This document shows, one piece after another, positions 38,415 through 48,099 of a stretch of 64,000 nt of DNA. How positions within the stretch are numbered: the first letter of the stretch is position 1; every line of letters begins with the position of its first letter. This DNA is from Methanobacteriota archaeon. GTDB lineage: Archaea > Thermoplasmatota > Thermoplasmata > SG8-5 > JAGLSY01. The position numbers were made by a program, and so were the translations under genes. The notes below the pieces were generated by a model. The model had not been told where the DNA came from and made no database searches. It saw only the letters and a program-made list of their open reading frames with translations. Location of the stretch: assembly GCA_020696385.1 (NCBI GenBank), contig JAEHCQ010000004.1:160001-224000 (forward strand), given 5' to 3'.

Positions 38415-41400
38415 TGACGGCTGACAAGAAAGGAGTTATGGTCATAGGAGGAGGTATTGGAGGTATTCAATCAGCTCTTGACCTGGCAGATTCTGGAGTG
38501 AATGTTTATCTGGTCGAGAAAGGCCCATCAGTTGGTGGCCGAATGGCCCAGCTGGACAAGACCTTCCCGACAAATGATTGTTCCATGTGTATCCTGTCGC
38601 CAAAGTTGGTCGCAGCATCCAGACACCCGAAGATCAATTTGTTGACAATGTCCGAAGTGAAGAAACTGGAAGGCGATCCAGGAAACTTCAAGGCTACAAT
38701 TATCACCCATCCGAGATACATCGACATTAGCAAGTGTGTTGGTTGTGGTGACTGCGCGGAGGTTTGCCCCATCGAAATGTCAAATGAGTTCGATGCTGGA
38801 ACCGCCACGAGGGGAGCGACATACATTCCGTTCCCACAGGCCACTCCACTCAAATATTCAATTACAAGACACGGTACTCCACCTTGTGAGGCCGAGTGCC
38901 CAGCTGGAGTTCACGTTCAGGGTTATGTCGCACTTATTGCCAAGGGCAAGTACATGGAAGCTCTAGAGCTTCATAGGGAGTTCAACCCACTACCGATAAT
39001 CTGCGGCAGGGTTTGTCCACATACCTGTGAGAGCGTGTGTAACCGTGCGGAAGTGGATGAGCCGATCGCGATCGCTCATCTAAAGAGATTCATGGCAGCT
39101 TATGAGATGGATAATAGGGACGGACCTGTCGAGCCTTTCGACCAGACTGATGGCAAGACCATTGCCATCATTGGTTCAGGTCCTGCTGGATTGACAGCCG
39201 CTTATTACCTGGCCAGACACGGCCATAAGCCAACCATTTACGAAGCACTGCCAGTTGCTGGCGGTATGCTGAGAGTTGGTATCCCCGAGTACAGATTACC
39301 AAGAGACTTACTCCAGGCTGAGATAGATTACATCAAGGCCAAGGGAGTGGACATCCAGCTTAATAAGAGGCTTGGAACTGACATAATGCTGGATAATCTC
39401 AAAAGAGATTATGATGCAGTGTTCCTGGCTATAGGCTCTCATGTCTCAAAATCCATGAGAGTGACAGCGGAGGACACGCCAGGTGTAATTCCTGGTGTGG
39501 ATTTCCTGCGTGATGTCAATCTGGGCAAGGAAGTTCAGCTTGGAAACAAGGTCGCCGTCGTTGGTGGCGGAGATGTCGCTATCGATGCTGTAAGGGTCGC
39601 TCACCGTCTGGGAAAAGAAGCCTTCATGATCTACAGAAGGACCAGGAACGAGATGCCCGCTCACGAAACTGAGATCGTCGATACCGAGGAAGAGGGTATC
39701 GAGATCAAATTCCTCACACAGCCTGTGAGAGTTGTCGAGACAGGCGGGAAGGTATCTGGTATCGAGTGCGTTCGTATGGAATTGGGAGAGCCAGATGACA
39801 GCGGAAGGCGCAGACCAGTTCCGGTCGAAGGTTCTGAATTCATCATCGAAGTTGATAATATTATCCCAGCTATTGGCCAGGATTCCGATGTCGAGTACCT
39901 CAAACAGGCAGGTATCAGTACGACGGATTGGAAGACCATCGTCGCATGTGAAGAAACCTACATGACCAGTGATGAAGGTGTGTTTGCTGCCGGAGATGCA
40001 GTATCTGGCCCATGGACAGTTGTAGGTGCGGTTGGCGGAGCGAAGAAAGCCGCCGATGCTATCAATTCTTACCTCATTGGCGAGGATTTCCCGATGGAGT
40101 GCAAGCTCCAGGATGTCATCACTTTCGAGGATCTGATGCTGGAGAAAAAGCTGGAATCAGCCCCAAGAGCATGTGTTGACACTTTAGATGTCAAACAGAG
40201 GGAATGCAATTTCAAGGAAGTTGTAGGCCAGCTTACGGAAGCACAGGCAGTTGCCGAGGCAGAGCGATGCTTAGCCTGTGGTGGTTGCTCGGGTTGCTGG
40301 CAATGTATCGGGGCTTGTGAAGCAGATGCTATAGATTTCTCACAGGAAGAGATCGAGCAGGAAGTGGATATCGGCTCTATCGTCGTTGCCACGGGATTCG
40401 ATCTAATCGATGCTGGCTTTAGGCCAGAGTACAATTATGAGAACTTTGACAATGTGATAACAGGTATCGAGTTTGAGAGATACCTGAGTGCATCCGGACC
40501 TACCAGCGGTCATCTTATCAGACCAAAGGATCACAAGCCTCCCAAGAAGATTGCCTTCATCCAGTGCGTGGGATCTAGGGATGAGCATTATGGATGCGCG
40601 TACTGTTCCAGAGTTTGCTGTATGTACGCGATCAAGGAAGCCATGCTGATCCGGGGCCATGACAAGGATGTTGAAGACATTACAATTTTCTTCATGGACA
40701 TAAGGGCCTTTGGAAAAGGCTTTGAGCAATATTATGAGCGTGCGAAGGATGAGAACATAAACTTCTCAAGATCCAGGCCATCTCATTTCATAGAAGATCC
40801 CGAGACTGGGGATGTATTGATCCAGACCGAAGATACAGAAACTGGTGAGATCAGCGAGTACCGAGCTGACCTCGTAGTTCTATCCTCAGCCATGGTGCCA
40901 TCCAAAGGAACTGATGAACTGGCTGAGAAGCTGGGTGTGGAATTGAACGAGTCCGGTTTCTTCAAGGAAGGCGAGACTGACAATATCCCATTAGAAACGA
41001 CCAGGCCAGGAATTTATTCCTGCGGTTGCTCGTCAGGGCCTAAGGATATTCCAGATACTGTATCTCAAGCATCTGGAGCCGCCGCCAAAGCTGGCGAATG
41101 GGTGAAGGATTATAGGGCCGCGCCCGAGAAGAAGGATATCCCTCAAGTTGATGCATATGGCAAGCCCAGGATCGGTGTGTTCATCTGTCACTGTGGTCTG
41201 AACATCGGAGGAACTATCGATGTGGTGGATGTTGCCAAGTATGCGAAAGAACTTCCATATGTCGAGTACACTGATGCAAATGTTTACACTTGCTCGGAGA
41301 ACACTCAGGGCGAGATCCAGGATCTCATACACAGTGAGAAACTGAACAGAGTGGTAATTGCTTCTTGCAGTCCACGAACCCACGAGCCTATTTTCAGACA

Positions 41401-42859
41401 GATGTGTGCTGAAGCAGGACTGAATCCATATCTATTCGAGATGGTGAACATACGTGACCAGGGGTCATGGGTTCATTTGAATGAGCCCGAGGCAGCGACC
41501 GCGAAGGCAAAGTCCTTGGTCGCGGCCGCAGTTGCCAAGTCCAGATTCCTGAAGCCATTGGTGGCTAGCGAACTGGAAGTGAACCATGACGCGCTCGTCA
41601 TCGGTGGTGGAGTATCTGGACTCACAGCAGCCATAAGCCTGGCATCTTTAGGATTCGAGGTTAGCCTTGTGGAGAAGACCGACAAGCTCGGTGGAGCCTT
41701 GCTGGACAAAGGTATGCTCATACCCTCTAATGTTGAAGCTGTCGACATGGTGGCCGATCTGATAAAGAAGGCCGAGGACAAGGGAGTGAAGTTCTTCAAA
41801 GAGACCGAACTCACGGACTTGGAAGGCTTTGTTGGAAACTTCAGGGTCAAAGCCATGCAGAAGGGAACTGAGGAACTTGATTTCGAGATCGGAGCCATTA
41901 TACTGGCTATAGGTGCGAAGCTCTATGAGCCTACGAAGGGCGAGTTCGGTTACGGCCTGCATCCAAATGTAATAACCAATCAGGACCTGGAAGAACTCAT
42001 GATGAAGCACCAGGGCGACAAGCTCATGCTCAATGGAAAAGAGCTGAAGCGCGTTGCCATGATACACTGTGTTGGCTCTCGTGACAAGGAAGGTTTCAAG
42101 GACTGCTCCAGATACTGCTGCCAAGTGACGCTCAAGCAGATAGACGAATTGAGGGCTCTGGGTATCGATACCGTGGATTACAACCGGGACATACGTGCTT
42201 TCAGCAAGGGAGCGGAAGAATTGTATAGGAAGACCAGAGAGGATGGTACAATGTACATGCGCTACACTCCTGAAGAACTTCCGGAGATCATTCCGGATGG
42301 CGATGGTGTGAAGATCAGAGCTTACGACACTCTGGTCGGAGCGACTGTCGAGTTGCCATTTGACGCCGTTGTCCTGTCAGTGGGAATGAGAGCTCATGAG
42401 CTTGATGTTAAACATTTGAGAAGCCTGATGAAAGTTCCAATGGGCGCGGATGGTTTCTTCTTAGAAAGCCATCCGAAGCTGGGACCTGTTGAGACCAATA
42501 CCGCTGGTATCTATCTTTGTGGAACCGCTCAGTTCCCCAAGGACGTGGTCGATACCATCGCTCAGTCATATGGAGCAGCCGCCAAGGCAGCCACAGTTCT
42601 GTCCAAGGACAAGCTCCTGGGTGTTGCCCAGATATCCAGTGTCGATCCAGAATTATGCATAGGTTGTGAGACCTGTATCGATATCTGTCCTTACAATGCC
42701 ATCGAGAAGGAGAAGGGCAAGGCCAAGGTATTGGAAGCCGTTTGTAAGGGTTGCGGATCATGCGCGGCGGCTTGCAGGAACGGTGCGATACAGCAGGCTG
42801 GCTTCAGGGATGAGTACATCGTTACTATGATCGACAATGCTCTAGAGGAGGTGGAATAG
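38414..42859 (+). CDS. hdrA: Large HdrA (HdrL-type: two HdrA modules plus a GltD-like NAD(P)H/FAD module)
   Basis: LDKTFPTNDCSMC, CEAECP...CGRVCPHTCE, GSGPAG, QCVGSR...CSRVCC, FICHCG, SCSPRTHE, HCVGSR...CSRYCC. Confidence 0.92.
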   Translation: MTADKKGVMVIGGGIGGIQSALDLADSGVNVYLVEKGPSVGGRMAQLDKTFPTNDCSMCILSPKLVAASRHPKINLLTMSEVKKLEGDPGNFKATIITHPRYIDISKCVGCGDCAEVCPIEMSNEFDAGTATRGATYIPFPQATPLKYSITRHGTPPCEAECPAGVHVQGYVALIAKGKYMEALELHREFNPLPIICGRVCPHTCESVCNRAEVDEPIAIAHLKRFMAAYEMDNRDGPVEPFDQTDGKTIAIIGSGPAGLTAAYYLARHGHKPTIYEALPVAGGMLRVGIPEYRLPRDLLQAEIDYIKAKGVDIQLNKRLGTDIMLDNLKRDYDAVFLAIGSHVSKSMRVTAEDTPGVIPGVDFLRDVNLGKEVQLGNKVAVVGGGDVAIDAVRVAHRLGKEAFMIYRRTRNEMPAHETEIVDTEEEGIEIKFLTQPVRVVETGGKVSGIECVRMELGEPDDSGRRRPVPVEGSEFIIEVDNIIPAIGQDSDVEYLKQAGISTTDWKTIVACEETYMTSDEGVFAAGDAVSGPWTVVGAVGGAKKAADAINSYLIGEDFPMECKLQDVITFEDLMLEKKLESAPRACVDTLDVKQRECNFKEVVGQLTEAQAVAEAERCLACGGCSGCWQCIGACEADAIDFSQEEIEQEVDIGSIVVATGFDLIDAGFRPEYNYENFDNVITGIEFERYLSASGPTSGHLIRPKDHKPPKKIAFIQCVGSRDEHYGCAYCSRVCCMYAIKEAMLIRGHDKDVEDITIFFMDIRAFGKGFEQYYERAKDENINFSRSRPSHFIEDPETGDVLIQTEDTETGEISEYRADLVVLSSAMVPSKGTDELAEKLGVELNESGFFKEGETDNIPLETTRPGIYSCGCSSGPKDIPDTVSQASGAAAKAGEWVKDYRAAPEKKDIPQVDAYGKPRIGVFICHCGLNIGGTIDVVDVAKYAKELPYVEYTDANVYTCSENTQGEIQDLIHSEKLNRVVIASCSPRTHEPIFRQMCAEAGLNPYLFEMVNIRDQGSWVHLNEPEAATAKAKSLVAAAVAKSRFLKPLVASELEVNHDALVIGGGVSGLTAAISLASLGFEVSLVEKTDKLGGALLDKGMLIPSNVEAVDMVADLIKKAEDKGVKFFKETELTDLEGFVGNFRVKAMQKGTEELDFEIGAIILAIGAKLYEPTKGEFGYGLHPNVITNQDLEELMMKHQGDKLMLNGKELKRVAMIHCVGSRDKEGFKDCSRYCCQVTLKQIDELRALGIDTVDYNRDIRAFSKGAEELYRKTREDGTMYMRYTPEELPEIIPDGDGVKIRAYDTLVGATVELPFDAVVLSVGMRAHELDVKHLRSLMKVPMGADGFFLESHPKLGPVETNTAGIYLCGTAQFPKDVVDTIAQSYGAAAKAATVLSKDKLLGVAQISSVDPELCIGCETCIDICPYNAIEKEKGKAKVLEAVCKGCGSCAAACRNGAIQQAGFRDEYIVTMIDNALEEVE

Positions 42860-43306
42860 ATGACTGACAATAATGAGAACAATGAGAATTTCGAACCAAA
42901 GATAATCGCCTTCCTCTGTACTTGGTGTTCATACGCAGGTGCGGATCTGGCAGGCTCGGCAAGGATACAGTACCCGACCAATGTGAAGATAATCAAGGTC
43001 ATGTGCTCGAGCAGGATCAATCCACTCTTTGTACTGAGAGCTTTCAGGAAGGGAGCGGACGGTGTTCTTGTTTCAGGATGCCATCCTGGAGATTGCCACT
43101 ATCTGACTGGTAATTACTTCACCAGGCGTAGACTTATCTTATTCAAGAAACAGCTGGAATGGGTAGGAATTGACCCTCGCAGATTTCACATGAGCTGGGT
43201 GTCCGCATCCGAAGGCCAGGGCTGGGCCGATGTGGTGAATAAAGTTATAGACGATGTCAAGGAGCTTGGTCCTCAGGATGAGATGAAAAGGAAGGTGGTT
43301 GAATGA
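42860..43306 (+). CDS. mvhD: MvhD/FlxD [2Fe-2S] subunit
   Basis: FLCTWCSYAGADLAG, MCSSR, GCHPGDCHY, WVSASEG. Confidence 0.95.
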   Translation: MTDNNENNENFEPKIIAFLCTWCSYAGADLAGSARIQYPTNVKIIKVMCSSRINPLFVLRAFRKGADGVLVSGCHPGDCHYLTGNYFTRRRLILFKKQLEWVGIDPRRFHMSWVSASEGQGWADVVNKVIDDVKELGPQDEMKRKVVE

Positions 43307-43365
43307 ATTCGTTATCACTCATCATTCAACTCGACACCTCCAAATTTATGGAGGTGTTGTCATGA
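43303..43365 (+). other. 20-aa bridging mini-ORF over an SD-occluding hairpin
   Basis: ATGA overlap at both ends; stem ACACCTCCA/TGGAGGTGT. Confidence 0.5.
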
Positions 43366-44402
43366 GCAATGACCAACTGAGAAAAATAGCCAGCACCCTT
43401 CTCGCCGAAGGCAAGGTCAAATATTTCCTGGGTAATGTTAGAGGAGCTGATGGCTTTTCCTCAAAACCCACAACTGCCCGAACACCAGAAGAGGCAAATG
43501 AGTTCGTTTGGGATCCATCATGTGTCAATAATATGGCATCCTACCTACATGAGGATAAAAAGAGAATTCTCAAGAGAGGCGAAGAGCCAGACACAAGACC
43601 CATTGGCATATTTGTCAAGGGCTGTGACAGCCGCTCTGTCGCCCTGAATATTCAGGAACACATCTTCGAGAGGGAGCAAATTTACATCGTTGGAGCGACA
43701 TGCGAAGGCGTGGTTGATGTTCCAAAGTTGAAGAAGGCCTGGATGAAGAGAGGACTTCCAGTGGCCGCGACCAACACCCTCCAACTTTCCATCGTGGGCA
43801 ATGAGGTGATTGCCAGCTTTGATGGGAAACAGGAAAAGTTCGCAAAGGACGATGTCATCATGCAGAGGTGCAAGGTGTGCAGATACCCGAATCCGGTCAT
43901 CCACGATGAGCTCATTGGTGAGCAGGTGGAACCAAAGCCCGATGCTTATCCAGACTTGGAGGAGATGGAAGCCATGTCCCCGGCGGAGAGATGGGCCTTC
44001 TGGACCGATCAATTCAGCAATTGTGTCAGATGCCTGGCATGCCGAAATGTATGCCCCGCTTGTTATTGTAGAGAATGCTCTGTACAAAGAAGCAATCCGG
44101 CTTTTGGACCAAGAACAACGCCGACCGAGAAGATGGCCAAGGCACAGTTCTCGAACAAGACACCGACAAAGGAGGACAATTTCAACTTCCACATGTCCAG
44201 GATGTACCACATGACTGGTAGATGTACCAATTGTGGTGAATGCAACCGTGTTTGTCCAGTCGGGATACCACTCAGGCTTCTGACCAGGAAAATGGACAAG
44301 GATGTCAGAGAGACATATGACCATGAATCTGGCCTGGATACCGAGCCAAAGAATCTCCTTGCGGAGTATCGTGATGATGATCCAGAGGGGGGTTTCCTAT
44401 GA
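43362..44402 (+). CDS. flxC: FlxC-like Fe-S protein
   Basis: KGCDSRS, CKVC, CVRCLACRNVCPACYC, CTNCGECNRVCP; start refined to ATG 43362. Confidence 0.82.
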   Translation: MSNDQLRKIASTLLAEGKVKYFLGNVRGADGFSSKPTTARTPEEANEFVWDPSCVNNMASYLHEDKKRILKRGEEPDTRPIGIFVKGCDSRSVALNIQEHIFEREQIYIVGATCEGVVDVPKLKKAWMKRGLPVAATNTLQLSIVGNEVIASFDGKQEKFAKDDVIMQRCKVCRYPNPVIHDELIGEQVEPKPDAYPDLEEMEAMSPAERWAFWTDQFSNCVRCLACRNVCPACYCRECSVQRSNPAFGPRTTPTEKMAKAQFSNKTPTKEDNFNFHMSRMYHMTGRCTNCGECNRVCPVGIPLRLLTRKMDKDVRETYDHESGLDTEPKNLLAEYRDDDPEGGFL

Positions 44403-45436
44403 CGACCTACAAGATATCCAAGGATAAGATGAATGAATTGCTTAGCAGTATCAAGGGCTATGACGTTTATGTCCCTACTGAATTGGGAGACAAGTTCCAA
44501 TTCAAGGTCATGAAGGATGCTGGAGATGCCAAACTGGGATATTCCCAATCTGCCAAGCCTCCAAAGGATGTGATCTTCCCACAGAATGAAGTTCTCATGA
44601 ATTACAAGATCCAGCCCAATGGCTTCGATGTTGATCAGGTGATAGACTCGATCGGTAAGTTCGTGATATTCGGAATTCGGAATTGTGATTCACGCGCTCT
44701 GAAGTATCTGGACACTCAAATGCTCAATGGCAAGTATGTCGATCCTTACTATGCGAAGAGGCGTGAGAACACAACGGTTGTAGGACTGGCGTGCAACACC
44801 CCGCTTTACAACTGCTTCTGCAAATCCGTAGGAGCTGGCCCTCATCATAAAGAGGGGCACGATGTCCACCTCACGGAGCTGGATGATGGCTACCTTGTCG
44901 AGATAATCACCGACAAGGGAAAGGAGTTGCTCGCCAATTCCATGTCTTTATTGGCTGGATCATCCGATGCCGATGCCTCAAAACAGGCCGAGCTCAAACA
45001 GGCCTGTGAAGCGAAGTTTGTCAGAAAGCTCGATATCAAAGGCAATGACAAGAGAATGCTTGATATCTTCGAATCCGACTACTGGCGTGATGTTTCAGAC
45101 GGTTGTATCGGCTGTGGAATATGCACATTATTGTGCCCGACATGTTTCTGCTTCGATATCCAGGATATCGGAAGCCGAAAAGAAGGCCAGAGGGTTCGAG
45201 TATGGGACTCGTGCCAATATCCAGAGTATACCATGCACGCTTCCAGCCACAATCCAAGACCGGGCAAGAAGGAGAGGCAGAGGCAGAGATTCTTCCACAA
45301 GTACGTTTACAGCTACAAGAACAATCAGATGTTAGGCTGTGTGGGCTGTGGAAGGTGCATCAACCAGTGCCCGACCCAGATTGATATAATTGATGTAATT
45401 GAAGGAGTTAAGAATGTGAAGGAGGTGGATCAATGA
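44399..45436 (+). CDS. flxB: FlxB/AsrA-like Fe-S protein
   Basis: GIRNCD, CFC, CIGCGICTLLCPTCFCF, RVWDSC, CVGCGRCINQCP. Confidence 0.85.
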   Translation: MTTYKISKDKMNELLSSIKGYDVYVPTELGDKFQFKVMKDAGDAKLGYSQSAKPPKDVIFPQNEVLMNYKIQPNGFDVDQVIDSIGKFVIFGIRNCDSRALKYLDTQMLNGKYVDPYYAKRRENTTVVGLACNTPLYNCFCKSVGAGPHHKEGHDVHLTELDDGYLVEIITDKGKELLANSMSLLAGSSDADASKQAELKQACEAKFVRKLDIKGNDKRMLDIFESDYWRDVSDGCIGCGICTLLCPTCFCFDIQDIGSRKEGQRVRVWDSCQYPEYTMHASSHNPRPGKKERQRQRFFHKYVYSYKNNQMLGCVGCGRCINQCPTQIDIIDVIEGVKNVKEVDQ

Positions 45437-45492
45437 GCGACTGTAAGAAGCGCATTGATAACTCCGACTTGAAAAGGAGGAGTTCACAATGA
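45431..45492 (+). repeat. Junction element (short form) with a 19-aa bridging ORF
   Basis: CAATGAGCGACTGTAAGAAGCGCATTG...GAAAAGGAGG; 25/27 identical to the 48907-48933 copy. Confidence 0.75.
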
Positions 45493-46418
45493 GTGATAAT
45501 CCATACGAACCAATGCCAGCAAGGGTGATCGGCGTATCCATGGAAGCCGGAGGAATCAGGCCGGTGAAGAAGATACAGGTGGCTTTCGTAAACGAAGAGG
45601 ATAAGAACAATTTCAAGAACGTGCCAGGCAACTGCGCGATCCTTTCCATGATCGGCCAGGGTGAGAGCATGATATCCATCACCTCACCGCCAACGGAGAA
45701 GGACTTCCTCGAGTTCGCTATCATGAAGGTCGGAGTCGTTACAACCGCACTCCATGAACTTGAAGTGGGCGATATCGTGGGTGTACGCGGACCATACGGC
45801 AACGCCTTCCCCATAGACGATTGGAAGGGCAAGGATATAGTCATAATAGGAGCCGGAATTGGAATGGCTCCTATCAGGTCGATATACAATTACATCCTGC
45901 ACCCGGACAATCGCAAGGACTTCGGAAAGGTGACATTGATGTACGGAGCCAGAACACCGAATGATCTTTCTTTCAAGAAGGAATTGTTTGAGTATGAGGA
46001 TCAAGCAGATCCAGATGTGTTCCTCTGCATCGACTGGAAATTCGGACCCAATGGCATGATGGACGAGGACGCACAGGAAGGATGGCCCAGGATCAATATG
46101 AAAGATGCTGGCGCGACCGTGATCCCGCCAGGTCAGACACGATTCACATGCTTCGTGCCACAGTTGGTGGAGATGATCAAACCAAGCCCGGAAAATACCA
46201 TCGCCATCACTTGCGGACCACCAATTGCGATAAAGTTCATAACTCAGAACTTGTCCAAGCTCGGATTCGATGATGAGCAGATATTCACCACCATGGAGAA
46301 CAGGATGAAATGCGGTATCGGCAAATGTGGCCGATGCAATATCGGTGACGTGTTCGTTTGCGTTGATGGGCCAGTGTTCAACTACAAGCAGGTGAAAGAA
46401 CTACTGCCGGAATATTAG
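45489..46418 (+). CDS. flxA: FlxA/AsrB-like FAD/NAD(P)H-binding [2Fe-2S] subunit
   Basis: VRGPYGN, GAGIGMAP, YGAR, CGPP, MKCGIGKCGRC...VCVDGPVF. Confidence 0.9.
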   Translation: MSDNPYEPMPARVIGVSMEAGGIRPVKKIQVAFVNEEDKNNFKNVPGNCAILSMIGQGESMISITSPPTEKDFLEFAIMKVGVVTTALHELEVGDIVGVRGPYGNAFPIDDWKGKDIVIIGAGIGMAPIRSIYNYILHPDNRKDFGKVTLMYGARTPNDLSFKKELFEYEDQADPDVFLCIDWKFGPNGMMDEDAQEGWPRINMKDAGATVIPPGQTRFTCFVPQLVEMIKPSPENTIAITCGPPIAIKFITQNLSKLGFDDEQIFTTMENRMKCGIGKCGRCNIGDVFVCVDGPVFNYKQVKELLPEY

Positions 46419-46464
46419 AACGACCAGGTCTCTTACCTGGAAGTTCTAAAACTGGGGTGGGACT

Positions 46465-46671
46465 CTATTGTAAACCTGAAGAAGAAGAACCTGCTGTAAA
46501 GCTGAAAAGTGCTCCAACAGTCATCAAAGTAATTCCTATTATGAACAATAGCTCCCCAGTGTGCAATAGAAGTTTTTCATATTTCTGACTCCGTCGAGAT
46601 CTATAAATCATTAGTAGACCAGCTATCAGAAATATCGGCGAATAGTAAAAATAAATCATATGATCTTCCAT
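46465..46671 (-). CDS. Small 2-TM hypothetical protein
   Basis: Two hydrophobic segments; GAGG SD and TATATATT upstream. Confidence 0.55.
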   Translation of the reverse strand: MEDHMIYFYYSPIFLIAGLLMIYRSRRSQKYEKLLLHTGELLFIIGITLMTVGALFSFTAGSSSSGLQ

Positions 46672-46722
46672 GTGAACCTCTCTGCTTGCCTAAGTCTCCT
46701 AAATGCTGCACAAATATATATA

Positions 46723-46807
46723 CCCACCCCATTCAATCGATATGCCCCCCACCCAGCTCCTCTCTGGCTCGCCCCTTCCCCCGCTCACCTGCTCGGAGCT
46801 GTCGCTA
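46723..46807 (-). repeat. Family B repeat, short form
   Basis: CCCACCCCAT..CAAT..CCCCCCACCC...CTGCTCGGAG matches the ends of 19416-19604. Confidence 0.7.
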
Positions 46808-46839
46808 CTTATTGAAACTATGAAGAATGGATAGTTTAA

Positions 46840-47283
46840 TCAATACTTCGAAGGACACCCTATCTGCATACTCCAAGACTCGATAGTGTACACACCATCA
46901 ACTTCCTTGAAATCGCCTTTCAGAACAACAATGGCATTATTGGTGAATCCATCTGGGAAGGCTGTTGTATGATTGGCATGAATGAAAGTAATATTATCGC
47001 CTTCGTCCACCAGTGTGAACTCATCAGATGAGACATTCCAATCCCTCACAATGCCCTTGATACTTATCTCCTTGTCAAGGTATTTGGCTGTGTCATCAGC
47101 CACCTGGTGCACCTCGTATATCTCTTCTGGCACCATGCCCCAGAGTAGGATGCCGACGACGACAACGACGACGACGATGAAAACACCGAGCTTGATCTGC
47201 TTCTCGGTGATCTTCTTCTTCGGCTTCGCTTCTGTCTTCACTTCAGGATCAATTACCTTCTCCTGAATCTCGGTTTCGTCCAT
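46840..47283 (-). CDS. ccmE: Heme chaperone CcmE (CxxxY type)
   Basis: N-terminal TM, OB-fold-like body, C-terminal GCPSKY. Confidence 0.88.
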   Translation of the reverse strand: MDETEIQEKVIDPEVKTEAKPKKKITEKQIKLGVFIVVVVVVVGILLWGMVPEEIYEVHQVADDTAKYLDKEISIKGIVRDWNVSSDEFTLVDEGDNITFIHANHTTAFPDGFTNNAIVVLKGDFKEVDGVYTIESWSMQIGCPSKY

Positions 47284-47413
47284 CCATAACCTCCTTCAGC
47301 ATTTTCATTTCCCTTCCTAATTTTCTCTGGTCAAGCATTAATTTGACCAGATAAGCGAAGGTCAGTCCCCAAATTATCGAGTATCCAATGTACATGTAAG
47401 TTATATCATCCAT
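47249..47413 (-). CDS. ccmD: CcmD-like small membrane protein (54 aa)
   Basis: MDDITYMYIGYSIIWGLTFAYLVKLMLDQRKLGREMKMLKE..., lying between ccmC and ccmE; below the ORF-track cutoff. Confidence 0.75.
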   Translation of the reverse strand: MDDITYMYIGYSIIWGLTFAYLVKLMLDQRKLGREMKMLKEVMDGRNRDSGEGN

Positions 47414-48098
47414 CCAAGTCACCTATCTCTTGCTTTATTTCTTCTAATTCTTCTTTTGTAATTTCAAGATCGGTCTTCATCATCAAGATCCCCAGGTAAA
47501 GGAATGTGAAGGCGAATACCGCTGTTACCAGTGTCTGCACCATCGTCGTCTGCAAGCTCCCGCCTTCGGAAGCGATCACCGTGGGATGGAACTGCGTCCA
47601 TATCCTATTGGCTGCGAAGCTCAGGGGGATGCATAGGAAGCCGATTATCCCGAAAACAGCGCTGATCCTGGCCCTTGCCTTACCGGGATCGCTGTTGGAC
47701 CTTAGAGCGAGGTAAGCGATGAATACGAGCCATAGGACCATGGTCATGAATAATTTCATATCATCCCATATCCAGAAGACGCCCCAAACACCCTTGGCCC
47801 ATAATGCGCCAGTGATGATGGCCGCGGTACAGAAGACCACGCCGATCTCGGCTGACGAGTAAGCCAATATATCGTATTTCATATTGTTTGTTTTCAGATA
47901 CAACAGACTGCCAAGTAGAGTGATGCCAAATGCGAGGTATGAGACCCAGGCCGATGCGACATGGAAATAGAATATTCGCTGAACATCGCCCATTGTATCA
48001 TGGGTCGGAGCCCAAAGGAAGGCCATGTACAATCCTGTGAATGTCAGGGCCGCGGAGGCCAGTAACATAATAATTGTTAAAATATTCTTCTTTGTCAT
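47406..48098 (-). CDS. ccmC: Heme exporter CcmC
   Basis: QRIFYFHV, TGALWAKGVWGVFWIWD, HP. Confidence 0.93.
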   Translation of the reverse strand: MTKKNILTIIMLLASAALTFTGLYMAFLWAPTHDTMGDVQRIFYFHVASAWVSYLAFGITLLGSLLYLKTNNMKYDILAYSSAEIGVVFCTAAIITGALWAKGVWGVFWIWDDMKLFMTMVLWLVFIAYLALRSNSDPGKARARISAVFGIIGFLCIPLSFAANRIWTQFHPTVIASEGGSLQTTMVQTLVTAVFAFTFLYLGILMMKTDLEITKEELEEIKQEIGDLDG

Positions 48099-48099
48099 G

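Noticed and set aside
36981-43306. hdrABC/mvhD as evidence of methanogenesis
   Set aside because: There is no mcr, mtr or mvhAG here; the hdr-flx arrangement is widespread in non-methanogens.
36981-46418. Selenocysteine or pyrrolysine recoding in hdr/mvhD/flx
   Set aside because: The ORFs are intact with Cys at the expected positions, and no in-frame UGA/UAG splits a domain.
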